From NCBI RefSeq assembly GCF_947179015.1, contig NZ_CAMXCM010000001.1, forward strand, positions 233,387 through 297,386: DNA of 64,000 bases, in the 5' to 3' direction. The stretch comes from Commensalibacter communis (GTDB taxonomy: Bacteria; Pseudomonadota; Alphaproteobacteria; Acetobacterales; Acetobacteraceae). Shown here one piece after another: positions 10,074 through 20,602 of this stretch. The position numbers were made by a program, and so were the translations under genes. The notes beneath the pieces are model-generated. The model saw only the letters and a program-made list of their open reading frames with translations, had not been told where the DNA came from and did no database searches. How positions within the stretch are numbered: the first letter of the stretch is position 1; every line of letters starts with the position of its first letter.

Positions 10074-11447
10074 TTATTGTTTTTTGTTAGGAGAGTGTTG
10101 GTCCATTAATTCCGCAAAGCGTTGGAATAAATAATGGCTATCGGTTGGGCCAGGGCTGGCTTCTGGATGATATTGCACAGAAAATGCAGGATATTTATCC
10201 GAAGCAATGCCTTCATTTGATCCATCAAATAAATTAATATGAGTTGGATGCGCATCAGATGGCAGGCTTTCAGGATCAACGGCAAAGCCGTGATTTTGGC
10301 TGGTAATCTCAACGCGACCTGTTTTTAAATCTTTGACAGGTTGATTAGCACCACGATGCCCTTGATCCAGTTTATAGGTTTTGCCACCCAAAGCGTGAGC
10401 CAAAAGCTGATGTCCCAGACAAATCCCAAAAATAGGAATGCGTTTTTCAAGCAATGTTTTTAAGACAGGCACGGTATAATGTGTAGTTGCTGCAGGATCA
10501 GCAGGGCCGTTGGATAAGAAAACACCATCAGGATTATGGCTCAGGATTTCTTCGGCAGAAGCAGTGGCAGGCACAACGGTAAGGTTACAGCCGACTTCGA
10601 CAAGATTACGGAAAATATTATGTTTGGCTCCATAATCAATCGCAACCACGTTATATGTTTTGCTTGGTTTTGGTGATGTCTCATCACCCCAATGCCAAAC
10701 GCCATTTTTCCACTGGTGTGATGTCGCACAAGTGACTTCTTTGGCTAAGTCCATGCCTTGTAATCCAGGCCATGCTTTTACTTGTTCTTGCAAGAATGGA
10801 ATATCAAAGATGCCATCTTCTGGGAAATATAATAATGCATTTTGTGGCCCTTGGTCACGAATACGTAAGGTTAAAGTACGCGTATCAATGCCACAAATCC
10901 CAGAAACGTGATGTTGTTTTAACCATTCTTGTAAAGGACTGGTTGAGCGCCAACTGGCTGGTTCTGTAATGGGTTGTTTAACAATTAACCCTTTGGCAAC
11001 GATTTTATTGGCTTCGTTATCATCAATATTTGTGCCAACATTTCCAATGTGAGGAAAGGTGAAGGTAATGAGTTGCCCAGCAAAAGACGGATCTGTCAAT
11101 GTTTCTTGATATCCAGTCATGCTGGTGGAAAAGCAAATTTCACCAATAGAAAGATTATCTTTGGAGGAAAATGCCCCAAATCCGATCCCCCATAAAAAAG
11201 TACCGTCCTCTAGCAAGAGAACGGCATTGGCACCTGTTGGACAGGTATGAGGGGTAGAATCGGAAAGTTCATTTGGTTGTAAATCAGACAATGTTAAACC
11301 CGTTTCTTGAATAATTGTTGTCCAATGTTTGGATGGAATGGCACGGGCTTGTTTCCATTTGCGGATAGCCTCTGTGCTGACTTTTGTAATGCGGGCGGCG
11401 TTTTCAATCCCCCCAAGGCGAGAAATAATTGTATCAATATCCATCAT
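10074..11447 (-). CDS. carA: Carbamoyl-phosphate synthase small subunit (glutamine amidotransferase) with an in-frame ~60-aa N-terminal Cro/YdaS-like HTH extension
   Basis: The CarA core runs from ...ANAVLLLEDGTFLWG...SMTGYQETLTDPS to the class-I GATase triad (GICLGHQL ... H ... E). It is preceded by MMDIDTIISRLGGIENAARITKVSTEAIRKWKQARAIPSKHW, an HTH-like segment with no intervening stop. Confidence 0.9.
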   Translation of the reverse strand: MMDIDTIISRLGGIENAARITKVSTEAIRKWKQARAIPSKHWTTIIQETGLTLSDLQPNELSDSTPHTCPTGANAVLLLEDGTFLWGIGFGAFSSKDNLSIGEICFSTSMTGYQETLTDPSFAGQLITFTFPHIGNVGTNIDDNEANKIVAKGLIVKQPITEPASWRSTSPLQEWLKQHHVSGICGIDTRTLTLRIRDQGPQNALLYFPEDGIFDIPFLQEQVKAWPGLQGMDLAKEVTCATSHQWKNGVWHWGDETSPKPSKTYNVVAIDYGAKHNIFRNLVEVGCNLTVVPATASAEEILSHNPDGVFLSNGPADPAATTHYTVPVLKTLLEKRIPIFGICLGHQLLAHALGGKTYKLDQGHRGANQPVKDLKTGRVEITSQNHGFAVDPESLPSDAHPTHINLFDGSNEGIASDKYPAFSVQYHPEASPGPTDSHYLFQRFAELMDQHSPNKKQ

Positions 11448-11602
11448 GTCCTTATGTCCTTTGCTGGACGAATGTCGTATACTATATATAAAGCATTGGG
11501 AAAAAAATTCCCAGAGTATTTATAAAATTTTTCTTTTGGGAAATTTATTCCTGAATTAAGTCATGCTATACAGTATTTTAGTTTATTATATGGAGAGTTA
11601 TT

Positions 11603-12058
11603 GTGGATTTACGCGAGCGTTTCAAAGAAGATCTTAAAGTGGCGATGAAAGCCAAAGAAGCCGAAAAAGTATCAACCTTAAGAATGATTGGTGCAAAATT
11701 AAAAGATTTGGATATTAATGCACGTCCAAAAGGAATTGAAGCGGTTGGAGAAGACGAAATCATTGCGATGTTAAAAGGCATGATTAAATCTCGTCGCGAA
11801 TCTGTGGAAATGTATAAGCAAGCCGACCGTCCTGAATTGGCAGAAAAAGAGGAAAGCGAAATTCAAGTCATTGAAACATTTTTGCCTGCTCAGTTAGATG
11901 ATGCTGCCATTGCAAAAGTTGTGGATGAAGCCATTGAAAAAACAGGAGCTTCTTCTGTGAAAGAAATGGGAAAAGTCATGGCTTATTTAAAAGAACATTA
12001 TGGCGCTGTGTTAGATTTCTCTAAAGTCGGTCCATTAATTAAAGCTAAATTTTCTTAA
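11603..12058 (+). CDS. GatB/YqeY domain protein
   Basis: 151 aa. MDLRERFKEDLKVAMKAKEAEKVSTLRMI... matches YqeY-family N-termini. Confidence 0.7.
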   Translation: MDLRERFKEDLKVAMKAKEAEKVSTLRMIGAKLKDLDINARPKGIEAVGEDEIIAMLKGMIKSRRESVEMYKQADRPELAEKEESEIQVIETFLPAQLDDAAIAKVVDEAIEKTGASSVKEMGKVMAYLKEHYGAVLDFSKVGPLIKAKFS

Positions 12059-12074
12059 TATATTAAGGTGATGT

Positions 12075-13895
12075 GTGGCGTTTGATCAGCGTTTTCTTGA
12101 GGAATTACGGCAACGTATTCCTTTACATAGTATAATTTCAAGAAAAGTAAAAGTTGCCCGATCAGGTCGCCATTGGAAGGCGTGTTGTCCTTTTCATGGG
12201 GAAAAAACGCCTTCATTCTATATCTATGATGATCATTTTCATTGTTATGGATGTGGCGTTCATGGGGATGTTATTTCCTTTGTGATGCAAAATGAAGGTC
12301 GAACCTTTAATGAAGCGGTCACAGAGCTTGCTGCTTTGGCAGGAATAGAAGTTCCAGAACAAACTCCTCAACAAAAACAACGTCAGGAGCAACAGCATAA
12401 TTTATACGAGCTGATGGCAGCAGCGCATGAATATTACTTATCTGAATTTCAAACCAATAAAGCCAAAATTGCGCGAGATTATTTATTGGATCGTGGAATA
12501 ACGCCACAGACAATACGTCATTTTGGTCTTTGTTGGTCGGGTGATGGTCGAGGGGGTCTGATCCAATATCTAAGATCCAAAGAATATAGTTTGGAGATGA
12601 TAGGCGAAGCAGGTTTATTAAGAAAACAGGCGGACGGGCAATGGGGGGGAGAGCTATTTTTTAATCGCGTGATGTATCCCATATGTGACCGGCGTGGTCG
12701 TGTGATTGCTTTTGGTGGACGTATTATTGGTGAGGGACAGCCAAAATACCTAAATAGCCCAGAAACGCCGTTATTTTCGAAACGTCGAATTTTATTTGGA
12801 TTAAATCATTTATCATCTGTTTTTTCACGTAAAGACATAGATCCACTATTTAATACTATCTTGGTTGTTGAAGGTTATATGGATGTGATTGCTTTGTATC
12901 AAGCAGGGTTCCATGGCGCGGTTGCCCCTTTAGGAACAGCATTAACTCAAGACCAATTGGCTTTATTATGGCGGGTCAGTTCACAACCTGTTTTGTCCTT
13001 TGATGGTGACAGTGCAGGGCGCAGGGCAATGTTGCATGCTGCTGAAGAAGCATTGCCGATTTTGACCCCAGAGCAGACTTTGAATTTTATTACCCTTCCA
13101 GAGGGTGAGGATCCGGATAGTTTCATTCAAAATAAAGGGGTGAACGCCTTTCTTGAAATTATACGTCACAAACTAAGCCCTAGTGAAATATTGTATAATT
13201 TGTCTGTTGATGCCATGACGAATCGTTCACCAGAACAGAGAGCTGCGTTAAGAAAGCGATTAACGTCTATTGCTGAACAGATCAAAGATAAAAACCTTGC
13301 TAAGGAATATCGGAAAGTATTATTGGATCGGTTTTATGAGCAATTCTATTCTAAAAATAAACAATCAAATTATCAATCTCCTTACGGAAAAAAGCAAAAC
13401 GATAAATTTAATGAACATTTAATGCGTCCTGTATTTCAAAAAGATCAGGTTGAATATCAACGGATGTGTATTTTAATTGCTTTGTTAATATATTGTCCAA
13501 GGATTATTTCGAGTGTTGAAGACGCACTTTGTCGCTTGGATTTGCCAGAGGAGCTATCGAAGTTAAGGGAAATTTTATTAGATTTCCCCCTTGATTGCGA
13601 TAATATAAATTCATATTTACAAGAGAGAAATATGATTGAGGTAACCAAAAAAATCCTCAGCCATTCCAATCTAACCTTGATAAATCATAATAATTACGAT
13701 AAAATCAATGATTTTGGATTGTTTGAAAAGCAATGGTGGCATTATTATGGGTGGTTAAATATTCACGAATTGGAAAATCAAGTTACACAAGCGCAACAGG
13801 ACTGGATTAATTGTCCAGATGAGGAACACCAACGAACATTAATTGCTAGACTTAATGCTTTGGATGCTGTTAAACGTGGTGAGATTGATGTTTAA
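12075..13895 (+). CDS. dnaG: DNA primase
   Basis: CHC2 zinc finger CCPFHGEKTPSF...CYGCG, TOPRIM region LVVEGYMDVIAL...SFDGDSAGRRA. GTG start, 606 aa, directly upstream of rpoD. Confidence 0.9.
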   Translation: MAFDQRFLEELRQRIPLHSIISRKVKVARSGRHWKACCPFHGEKTPSFYIYDDHFHCYGCGVHGDVISFVMQNEGRTFNEAVTELAALAGIEVPEQTPQQKQRQEQQHNLYELMAAAHEYYLSEFQTNKAKIARDYLLDRGITPQTIRHFGLCWSGDGRGGLIQYLRSKEYSLEMIGEAGLLRKQADGQWGGELFFNRVMYPICDRRGRVIAFGGRIIGEGQPKYLNSPETPLFSKRRILFGLNHLSSVFSRKDIDPLFNTILVVEGYMDVIALYQAGFHGAVAPLGTALTQDQLALLWRVSSQPVLSFDGDSAGRRAMLHAAEEALPILTPEQTLNFITLPEGEDPDSFIQNKGVNAFLEIIRHKLSPSEILYNLSVDAMTNRSPEQRAALRKRLTSIAEQIKDKNLAKEYRKVLLDRFYEQFYSKNKQSNYQSPYGKKQNDKFNEHLMRPVFQKDQVEYQRMCILIALLIYCPRIISSVEDALCRLDLPEELSKLREILLDFPLDCDNINSYLQERNMIEVTKKILSHSNLTLINHNNYDKINDFGLFEKQWWHYYGWLNIHELENQVTQAQQDWINCPDEEHQRTLIARLNALDAVKRGEIDV

Positions 13896-14146
13896 AAACG
13901 TGTTTAAGATAATGTGTAAGAATAATTTTGATATAACTCTTGATTTATTTTAATAAAACACCATTTGTAATAACAAATTATTTTTGGCTATGAAGTTGTT
14001 CCGCTAACCCTGCGTAATTCAAGAAAGTGATAAGGGTCTATAAGAGAGCCAATTTTAAGAGAGTCTGCATAGGTTTGTGTTATTTATTGATTGGTGATTT
14101 GTTAATATTTAGAAATAGTGCTATTTGGTAGTAAACTATTTATTCT

Positions 14147-16150
14147 TTGAGGCGGAAAATGGTTGTAAAAGCAGCAGGTAAAAGTGAAGGAAATGCAAAT
14201 GATCGGGATAATGACACCAGTTTGTTAGATGTCAGATCTGCAGATGTTAAAAAATTAATTAGCAAAGGGAAGGAAAGAGGATATGTAACTCTTGATGAGC
14301 TGAATGCAATCCTTCCACAAGATAAAATGTCTTCTGAACAAATCGAAGATGTGATGGCTGCTTTTTCAGAGATGAGTATTCAGATTATTGAGTCTGAAGA
14401 AAGCGAAGAAGAAGCTAGTGAAGATGATAATGAAAATAATGCTTCCGAAGATGAGGTTGGGGAGAATGATGATGAAGAAGTCGTCGTTGCAGCAACCGAA
14501 TCAACTGCAGGAAGAACGGATGATCCCGTACGTATGTATTTGCGTGAAATGGGTGCAGTTGAGCTCTTGTCACGTGAAGGCGAAATCGCCATTGCCAAAC
14601 GTATCGAAGCGGGTCGCAATCAAATGATTGGAGGGCTTTGTGAAAGCCCCTTGACATTCAAAGCTATTATTGGCTGGCATGAGCAATTAAAAGCCGGTGA
14701 TATTCTACTTAGGGATATTGTAGATTTAGAGGCGACACAAACAGAATACGATCAAGCAGGTTTGCCAGATATGAGCAGTGCTCTAAGTGCATCTGACGAT
14801 GGTGACGAAGACACTGATGAAAATGATGATAGTGATGAAGACACAGATGAGAACGGAGAAGATTCTAATGAAGAAAATAACCTTTCTCTATCAGCATTAG
14901 AAGAAAAATATAAAGATGAAGTTTTAAGCCATTTTGCTGAAATCGAAACAATTTACACCAAACTTTATCAACTTCAAGCTCAACGTCTAGATTTTATTCA
15001 AGCTGGTGAAAAATTAACCCCGGCCTTTGAAACGGAATATGAAGATCTAAGAAATAAATTGATTATTGAAGTTCAACAAGTTCATTTACAAAGTAATAAA
15101 ATTGAATTTCTGGTTGAACAGTTGAAAGAAGTTTCAAAAAAATTAGCGACTTTAGAAGGTGGTTTGTTGAGAATGGCCGAGAAATGTAAAATTTCTCGTG
15201 ACGATTTCTTATCTAAATATCATGGTTATGAATTAAATCCAGATTGGATAGATGCAGTCCGTGCGTTGCCAGGAAAATATTGGAAGTTATTTGTTGAGCG
15301 ATACGAAGAAGATATTAATAAATGTCGTGATGAAATCGCTGAACTTTCTCAAAGAGTAGGATTGCCAATTGGTGAATTTCGCCGTGTTTTTTCAACGGTT
15401 TCTTATGGTGAACGTGATTCGTCCAGAGCAAAAAAAGAGATGATCGAAGCCAATTTGCGGTTGGTTATTTCGATTGCTAAGAAATATACGAATTGCGGAT
15501 TACAATTCTTGGATTTGATCCAAGAGGGTAATATTGGCTTAATGAAAGCGGTTGATAAATTCGAGTATCGTCGTGGTTATAAATTCTCGACTTATGCGAC
15601 ATGGTGGATTCGTCAAGCTATTACCCGTTCTATTGCGGATCAAGCCAGAACCATTCGCATCCCAGTGCATATGATTGAAACAATTAATAAATTGGTTCGT
15701 ACTTCTCGTCAAATGCTGCATGAGATTGGTAGAGAGCCAACCCCAGAAGAGCTTGCTGAAAAATTGGGAATGCCCTTAGAAAAGGTCAGAAAAGTTCTGA
15801 AAATTGCGAAAGAACCTATTTCTTTGGAAATTCCAGTTGGTGACGAAGAAGACAGCCATTTGGGTGATTTCATTGAAGATAAAAGTGCGGTTATTCCTTT
15901 GGATGCTGCAATTCAGACCAATCTTCGTGAGGCAACAACACGTGTTTTAGCCTCTTTGACACCTAGAGAAGAACGCGTTTTGAGAATGCGTTTTGGTATT
16001 GGGATGAATACAGATCATACGTTGGAAGAAGTTGGTCAACAATTTAACGTAACACGTGAACGTATTCGTCAGATTGAAGCTAAAGCATTACGGAAACTTA
16101 AACACCCAAGTCGTAGTCGTAAGCTGCGTTCATTCTTAGATGATAATTAA
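14147..16150 (+). CDS. rpoD: RNA polymerase sigma-70 factor RpoD (with acidic insertions)
   Basis: Regions 1.2 through 4 are recognisable ([63 protein letters not shown]). Two D/E-rich inserts are present. 667 aa. Confidence 0.95.
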   Translation: MRRKMVVKAAGKSEGNANDRDNDTSLLDVRSADVKKLISKGKERGYVTLDELNAILPQDKMSSEQIEDVMAAFSEMSIQIIESEESEEEASEDDNENNASEDEVGENDDEEVVVAATESTAGRTDDPVRMYLREMGAVELLSREGEIAIAKRIEAGRNQMIGGLCESPLTFKAIIGWHEQLKAGDILLRDIVDLEATQTEYDQAGLPDMSSALSASDDGDEDTDENDDSDEDTDENGEDSNEENNLSLSALEEKYKDEVLSHFAEIETIYTKLYQLQAQRLDFIQAGEKLTPAFETEYEDLRNKLIIEVQQVHLQSNKIEFLVEQLKEVSKKLATLEGGLLRMAEKCKISRDDFLSKYHGYELNPDWIDAVRALPGKYWKLFVERYEEDINKCRDEIAELSQRVGLPIGEFRRVFSTVSYGERDSSRAKKEMIEANLRLVISIAKKYTNCGLQFLDLIQEGNIGLMKAVDKFEYRRGYKFSTYATWWIRQAITRSIADQARTIRIPVHMIETINKLVRTSRQMLHEIGREPTPEELAEKLGMPLEKVRKVLKIAKEPISLEIPVGDEEDSHLGDFIEDKSAVIPLDAAIQTNLREATTRVLASLTPREERVLRMRFGIGMNTDHTLEEVGQQFNVTRERIRQIEAKALRKLKHPSRSRKLRSFLDDN

Positions 16151-16175
16151 TTTAATTTTAAATTCTAATTCATAA

Positions 16176-16208
16176 GGGAAGAGGGCTTATCGCCTTCTTC
16201 CTTTTTTT
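16176..16208 (+). terminator. Rho-independent terminator after rpoD
   Basis: GGGAAGAGGGC-TTATC-GCCTTCTTCC hairpin (one mismatch) followed by TTTTTTTG. Confidence 0.5.
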
Positions 16209-16218
16209 GTTAATTGAA

Positions 16219-16800
16219 ATGTCAGCACTAAATAATATTCATCCTTCTACACCTGTAACGGTTTCTATCACTTTCTTGCGAATGGATCATTTTCCAACTT
16301 ACGAACTGTTGGATTTGCCTGCTGGATATTCTTTGGAAAAATTGTCTTTTGTTCCTGTACCACTATATCGTTATCTGTATGGGAATGTTGGCAAAAGCTG
16401 CTGTTGGTGGATGCGCAGGGTACTTTCAGATCAATATTTAGAGCAATTATTTTCTGATCCGTTGATTGAAGTTTATATTTTAAAAGATTCAGAAAATATA
16501 ATTTCTGGTTTTTTTGAACTAGATTGTACACTTTTTACCAGTATCAATGTTGCGTATTTTGGTTTGATGCCTCATTTAGTCGGTCAAGGGATAGGAACTG
16601 CTTTTTTTCATCAAGCAATTCGAAAAGCGTGGGAAAAGAAACCAAGTTGCCTACGCATCAATACGTGTAACCTTGATAATCCAAGAGCATTGGAAATTTA
16701 TAAAAAAGCTGGTTTTGAGCCATTCAAAGTAGAAACCGAGCTTTGGAATATTCCAGATGTTTTAAATTTACCTATTCCTAAAAAATATCGAAAAAAATAA
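16219..16800 (+). CDS. GNAT-family N-acetyltransferase
   Basis: Acetyl-CoA-binding-like motif LVGQGIGTAFFHQAIRKAW and a C-terminal AGFEP. The annotated ORF starts with TTG at 16207. The first ATG is at 16219. Confidence 0.6.
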   Translation: MSALNNIHPSTPVTVSITFLRMDHFPTYELLDLPAGYSLEKLSFVPVPLYRYLYGNVGKSCCWWMRRVLSDQYLEQLFSDPLIEVYILKDSENIISGFFELDCTLFTSINVAYFGLMPHLVGQGIGTAFFHQAIRKAWEKKPSCLRINTCNLDNPRALEIYKKAGFEPFKVETELWNIPDVLNLPIPKKYRKK

Positions 16801-16954
16801 GATAATCCCTTGCTTTTTATGAGAGTTTATGGTTTTAAAAGAGTTCTTCCCTGCCAAGGTTTTACGGCTATGCCTTGGCTATACCCAAAAGATGGAAGAA
16901 TAATCAGGTTCTATACTGATTTTATTGGGTTGAAGTCAGCCGAAGGGAGATAAT

Positions 16955-17437
16955 ATGCCATTATACGAGTGCGTGTTTATTGCACGTAATGATGTCACTC
17001 AACAACAAGTTGAAGATATCGCTAATGGAGTTGCTTCTTTGATCGAAAGTGAAGAAGGCTCTGTACAAAAACGTGAATATTGGGGATTACGTAACTTAGC
17101 ATACCGTGTTAAGAAAAATCGTAAAGGCCATTATATGCTATTAGGTGTTGATGCAAAATCAACAACTATCAAAGAAATTGAACGTCAATTGAACTTGAAC
17201 GAAGATGTTCTTCGTTTCATGACATTGCGTATTGATGCGATTGATGAAGCACCATCTGCGATTCTTTCTCGTAAAGGGGATGATAGCAGAGATCGTTCAG
17301 ATCGTTCTTCAAATAATCGTTCTTCTAAATCATCTGGGCGTTATGAAAGCGGTCGCAAAGCCGTTGAAGAAGATGATCTAAGCTCTGATAACAACAGTTT
17401 TGCTGTTGATCATGCTGATGATGAAGAGGAGGTCTAA
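16955..17437 (+). CDS. rpsF: 30S ribosomal protein S6 (acidic/Ser-Arg-rich C-terminal tail)
   Basis: MPLYECVFIARNDV...EYWGLRNLAYRVKKNRKGHY is canonical S6. It occurs in the conserved rpsF-rpsR-rplI order. Confidence 0.9.
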   Translation: MPLYECVFIARNDVTQQQVEDIANGVASLIESEEGSVQKREYWGLRNLAYRVKKNRKGHYMLLGVDAKSTTIKEIERQLNLNEDVLRFMTLRIDAIDEAPSAILSRKGDDSRDRSDRSSNNRSSKSSGRYESGRKAVEEDDLSSDNNSFAVDHADDEEEV

Positions 17438-17440
17438 TTC

Positions 17441-17716
17441 ATGTCAGAAACAGCTCAAGTAAATCCAGCTGCACGTCGTATTGCTGTGGGGGCACGTCGT
17501 CCCTTCCATCGCAGACGTAAAACATGTCCTTTTTCATCTGCAAATGCACCAAAGATCGATTATAAGGATATTCGTTTATTGTCTCGTTTCCTTTCAGAAA
17601 GAGGCAAGATCGTTCCAAGTCGTATCACTGCAGTTTCTGCAAAGAAACAACGTGAATTGGCACAGGCAATCAAACGTGCTCGCTTTTTAGCATTATTGCC
17701 TTACGTTCAAGACTGA
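17441..17716 (+). CDS. rpsR: 30S ribosomal protein S18
   Basis: RRRKTCPFS...[25 protein letters not shown] is the S18 signature. Confidence 0.9.
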   Translation: MSETAQVNPAARRIAVGARRPFHRRRKTCPFSSANAPKIDYKDIRLLSRFLSERGKIVPSRITAVSAKKQRELAQAIKRARFLALLPYVQD

Positions 17717-17729
17717 GGGAGAAGAGATT

Positions 17730-18329
17730 ATGGCTGCAACTGAAGTTATTCTACTTCAAAGAGTAGAAAAACTGGGTCAAATGGGTGATGTCGTTAAGGT
17801 AAAACCTGGTTTTGCTCGTAACTACTTGCTTCCTCAAGGTAAAGCAATCCGTGCGACGGCTGCTAATCGTGACCGTTTCGAAAGAGAACGTAGTCAATTA
17901 GAAGCACATAATGTCAAACGTCGTGAAGAGGCTGAACGTCTCTTGGAACGTTTACATGGCTTGTCAGTGGTTATTATTCGTCAAGCTGGCGAAAGTGGAA
18001 ACCTTTATGGTTCTGTAACTGCACGTGATATTTCTGAAGCTGCTGCAAAAGATGGTGTATCCTTCTCTCGTCAGCAAGTCGAAATCGCACATCCAATTAA
18101 ATCATTAGGTTTGTACCAAGTTAAAGTTCAACTTCATCCAGAAGTTCACTTGGATGCAAAAGTTAATGTTGCTCGTTCTGTTGAAGAAGCTGAACGTCAA
18201 GAAAAAGGCGATGTTACACAAGTTGAAGCTGCACATACACATGTGGATGCTGATACTGTTGAGCAAGCCAATTCAGAAATGTTAGAAAATGCACCTGTTG
18301 TAGATGAAGCTGCTGATAAAGCAGAATAA
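17730..18329 (+). CDS. rplI: 50S ribosomal protein L9
   Basis: VILLQRVEKLGQMGDVVKVKPGFARNYLLPQGKA is the L9 N-domain. It has a C-terminal extension. Confidence 0.9.
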   Translation: MAATEVILLQRVEKLGQMGDVVKVKPGFARNYLLPQGKAIRATAANRDRFERERSQLEAHNVKRREEAERLLERLHGLSVVIIRQAGESGNLYGSVTARDISEAAAKDGVSFSRQQVEIAHPIKSLGLYQVKVQLHPEVHLDAKVNVARSVEEAERQEKGDVTQVEAAHTHVDADTVEQANSEMLENAPVVDEAADKAE

Positions 18330-18360
18330 TATAACATTATTTTTTGATATGGTTATAAAA

Positions 18361-18389
18361 AGCGAGGGGATTAACCCTCGCTTTTTTTA
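18361..18389 (+). terminator. Rho-independent terminator after rplI
   Basis: AGCGAGGG-GATTAA-CCCTCGCT perfect 8-bp stem followed by TTTTTTT. Confidence 0.65.
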
Positions 18390-18531
18390 TAGTTTTATCT
18401 TTGATTAGATTAAATTTTTATTAAAGCATCATAACTTATTTGAATTTTCAGTTAAAAAATAAGATACTTATTTCAAGAGTAATCGTTTATTTTGTAAATT
18501 AAGAAAAGCTTTATAAATTTGGGAGCTAGAT

Positions 18532-19755
18532 ATGTCTGGATTATTAGACGCAGTTTTAAAAAAACTCATTAAGAATGGTCGTTTAGAAGTTATATTTCCA
18601 GATAAAAGAAGAAGAATATATGGGGATATGAATGCTAAAGATGCTGCTGCAATGGAGATTTTAACAGCAGATACCTATGCTCACTTGTTAGTTAATCCCA
18701 GCCTTGCTTTTGGTGAAGGCTATATGAATGAAACTATCAAACCAATCAATTGCTCAATTTATGATGTTTTGAATGTGATCTTACAAAATGATCTTGCAGC
18801 TGGACATTTTGGAGAAAAAATTGTTTCTGTTTTAAGGTTTGGAAAGCGTTTTTGGTCTCAGCTCAATGGTTTGAAAACGTCACGTAAAAATGTAGCACAC
18901 CATTATGATCTAAGCGGTGCTTTGTATAGTTTATTTTTAGATGAAGATCGTCAATATTCTTGTGCTTATTTTCTGACAGGTAATGAAACCTTGGAAGAGG
19001 CTCAGTTGGCTAAGAAACGCCATATTGCATCTAAATTGAACCTAGATCGTCCAGGGCTCAATATTTTGGACATTGGATGTGGTTGGGGTGGAATGGCGTT
19101 GTTCCTTGCAAAAGAGTTTGATGCCAACGTAACTGGAATTACTTTATCACAGGAGCAACTGCAAGTTGCTAAAAAACGTGCTAAAGAGGAGGGGTTAGAG
19201 GATAAGGTTCGTTTTGAGTTAAGAGATTATCGATTGGTAAATAAACAATATGACCGTATTGTTTCAGTAGGCATGTTCGAACATGTGGGTGTGAATTTTT
19301 ACGATCAATTTTTTCAAGATATTAAAAGAATTCTCAAACCTGATGGTGTTATGCTTCTCCACTCGATTGGACGCTCCGATGGTCCAGGCTCTACAAATGC
19401 TTGGATTAATAAATATATTTTCCCAGGAGGGTATTCTCCATCATTAAGTGAAGCTTTTGCAGCTATTGAAAAAAGTGGTCTGTGGGTTACTGATTGTGAG
19501 ATACTTAGATTGCATTATGCCAAGACATTAAAATTATGGCGTGCACGAGTAGAAGCACAAAAACAAGCGATTATAGAAATGTATGATGAACGTTTTTATC
19601 GAATGTTTGACTTTTATTTGTCTTCTTGTGAATTATCATTTTATTATCATAACCACATGAATTTCCAACTACAGATTAGCCCGACAATCGACAGCTTACC
19701 GATAACAAGAGATTATATGTTTCAAACGGAACAGGAGTTATCTATCGAGCATTAA
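18532..19755 (+). CDS. cfa: Cyclopropane-fatty-acyl-phospholipid synthase
   Basis: HYDLSGALYSLFLDEDRQYSCAYF, SAM motif ILDIGCGWGG, and the C-terminal ...YFDQFF..LKPDG...LH region. 407 aa. Confidence 0.85.
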   Translation: MSGLLDAVLKKLIKNGRLEVIFPDKRRRIYGDMNAKDAAAMEILTADTYAHLLVNPSLAFGEGYMNETIKPINCSIYDVLNVILQNDLAAGHFGEKIVSVLRFGKRFWSQLNGLKTSRKNVAHHYDLSGALYSLFLDEDRQYSCAYFLTGNETLEEAQLAKKRHIASKLNLDRPGLNILDIGCGWGGMALFLAKEFDANVTGITLSQEQLQVAKKRAKEEGLEDKVRFELRDYRLVNKQYDRIVSVGMFEHVGVNFYDQFFQDIKRILKPDGVMLLHSIGRSDGPGSTNAWINKYIFPGGYSPSLSEAFAAIEKSGLWVTDCEILRLHYAKTLKLWRARVEAQKQAIIEMYDERFYRMFDFYLSSCELSFYYHNHMNFQLQISPTIDSLPITRDYMFQTEQELSIEH

Positions 19756-20602
19756 TATTATGGTGCAAGTGAGCAAGTTGATCAAACTCTGAAATCGTCA
19801 ATGTTTCTGCTCTTCTTGTACCGTCAATATTTGCTGAAGCAAGTAATTGTTCCCCGCCGATATTTTTTAATGCACCTTTTAACATTTTGCGTCTTTGTCC
19901 AAAAGCAGCGGCAGTAACCTGTTCCATCGCTTTAAAGAGGGCTGGTGTAGGTTGCTCTGCTTTGGGAATGATATTAATGACAGCAGAATAAACCTTTGGT
20001 GGTGGGGAAAACGCACCAGGTGGAATACGCTTTACGATCACACATTCAGCAACCCATTGTGCAATAACAGATAAACGTCCATAATATTCAGTATTAGGAG
20101 CAGCGCATATACGCTCAGCGACTTCTTGTTGGAACATTAACGTCATGCGTTTCCATTCTAATCCTTGCTTTAACCACCCCAGTAATAATGAAGTGCCTAT
20201 ATTATAGGGTAGGTTGGCGATGATTTGACGCGGTGCGTCACAAAGCGTTGTTAGATCAAGTTTTAACGCATCATGTTGCACGACTTGAAAGCGATCAGGG
20301 TAAAAACTTTGTAACTCATGAAGTAATTGCAAAGCACGCTGATCGACTTCAACGCCAATGATCTTTTTGGCAGCGCTGTCCAACAAAGCTCTGGTTAGAC
20401 CGCCAGGGCCTGGCCCCACTTCAATCACATTTTTATTGGTTAAATCTCCAGCCAAAGCAATAATTTGCTGATTTATCATGGGGTCTAACAGAAAATGTTG
20501 CCCCAATGATTTTTTGGCAAGAAGATTATATCTAGTGATGCTTTCTTTTAGGCTGGGTAGCTGGTTTTGTTGTAGAGTCATTGGTATTTGTATGCATTTC
20601 AA
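19742..20602 (-). CDS. rsmA: 16S rRNA (adenine1518/1519-N6)-dimethyltransferase
   Basis: LGQHFLLD ... VIEVGPGPGGLT ... NLPYNIGT motifs. The true start is probably the internal Met at about 20581. Confidence 0.85.
   Translation of the reverse strand: MKCIQIPMTLQQNQLPSLKESITRYNLLAKKSLGQHFLLDPMINQQIIALAGDLTNKNVIEVGPGPGGLTRALLDSAAKKIIGVEVDQRALQLLHELQSFYPDRFQVVQHDALKLDLTTLCDAPRQIIANLPYNIGTSLLLGWLKQGLEWKRMTLMFQQEVAERICAAPNTEYYGRLSVIAQWVAECVIVKRIPPGAFSPPPKVYSAVINIIPKAEQPTPALFKAMEQVTAAAFGQRRKMLKGALKNIGGEQLLASANIDGTRRAETLTISEFDQLAHLHHNINAR

Noticed and set aside
7573-10109. Many 60-125-aa ORFs on both strands inside carB (for example 7573-7779, 8198-8536, 9732-10109)
   Set aside because: They lie entirely within the strongly supported 1082-aa carB reading frame and have no motifs. 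These are frame-shadow ORFs typical of long genes.
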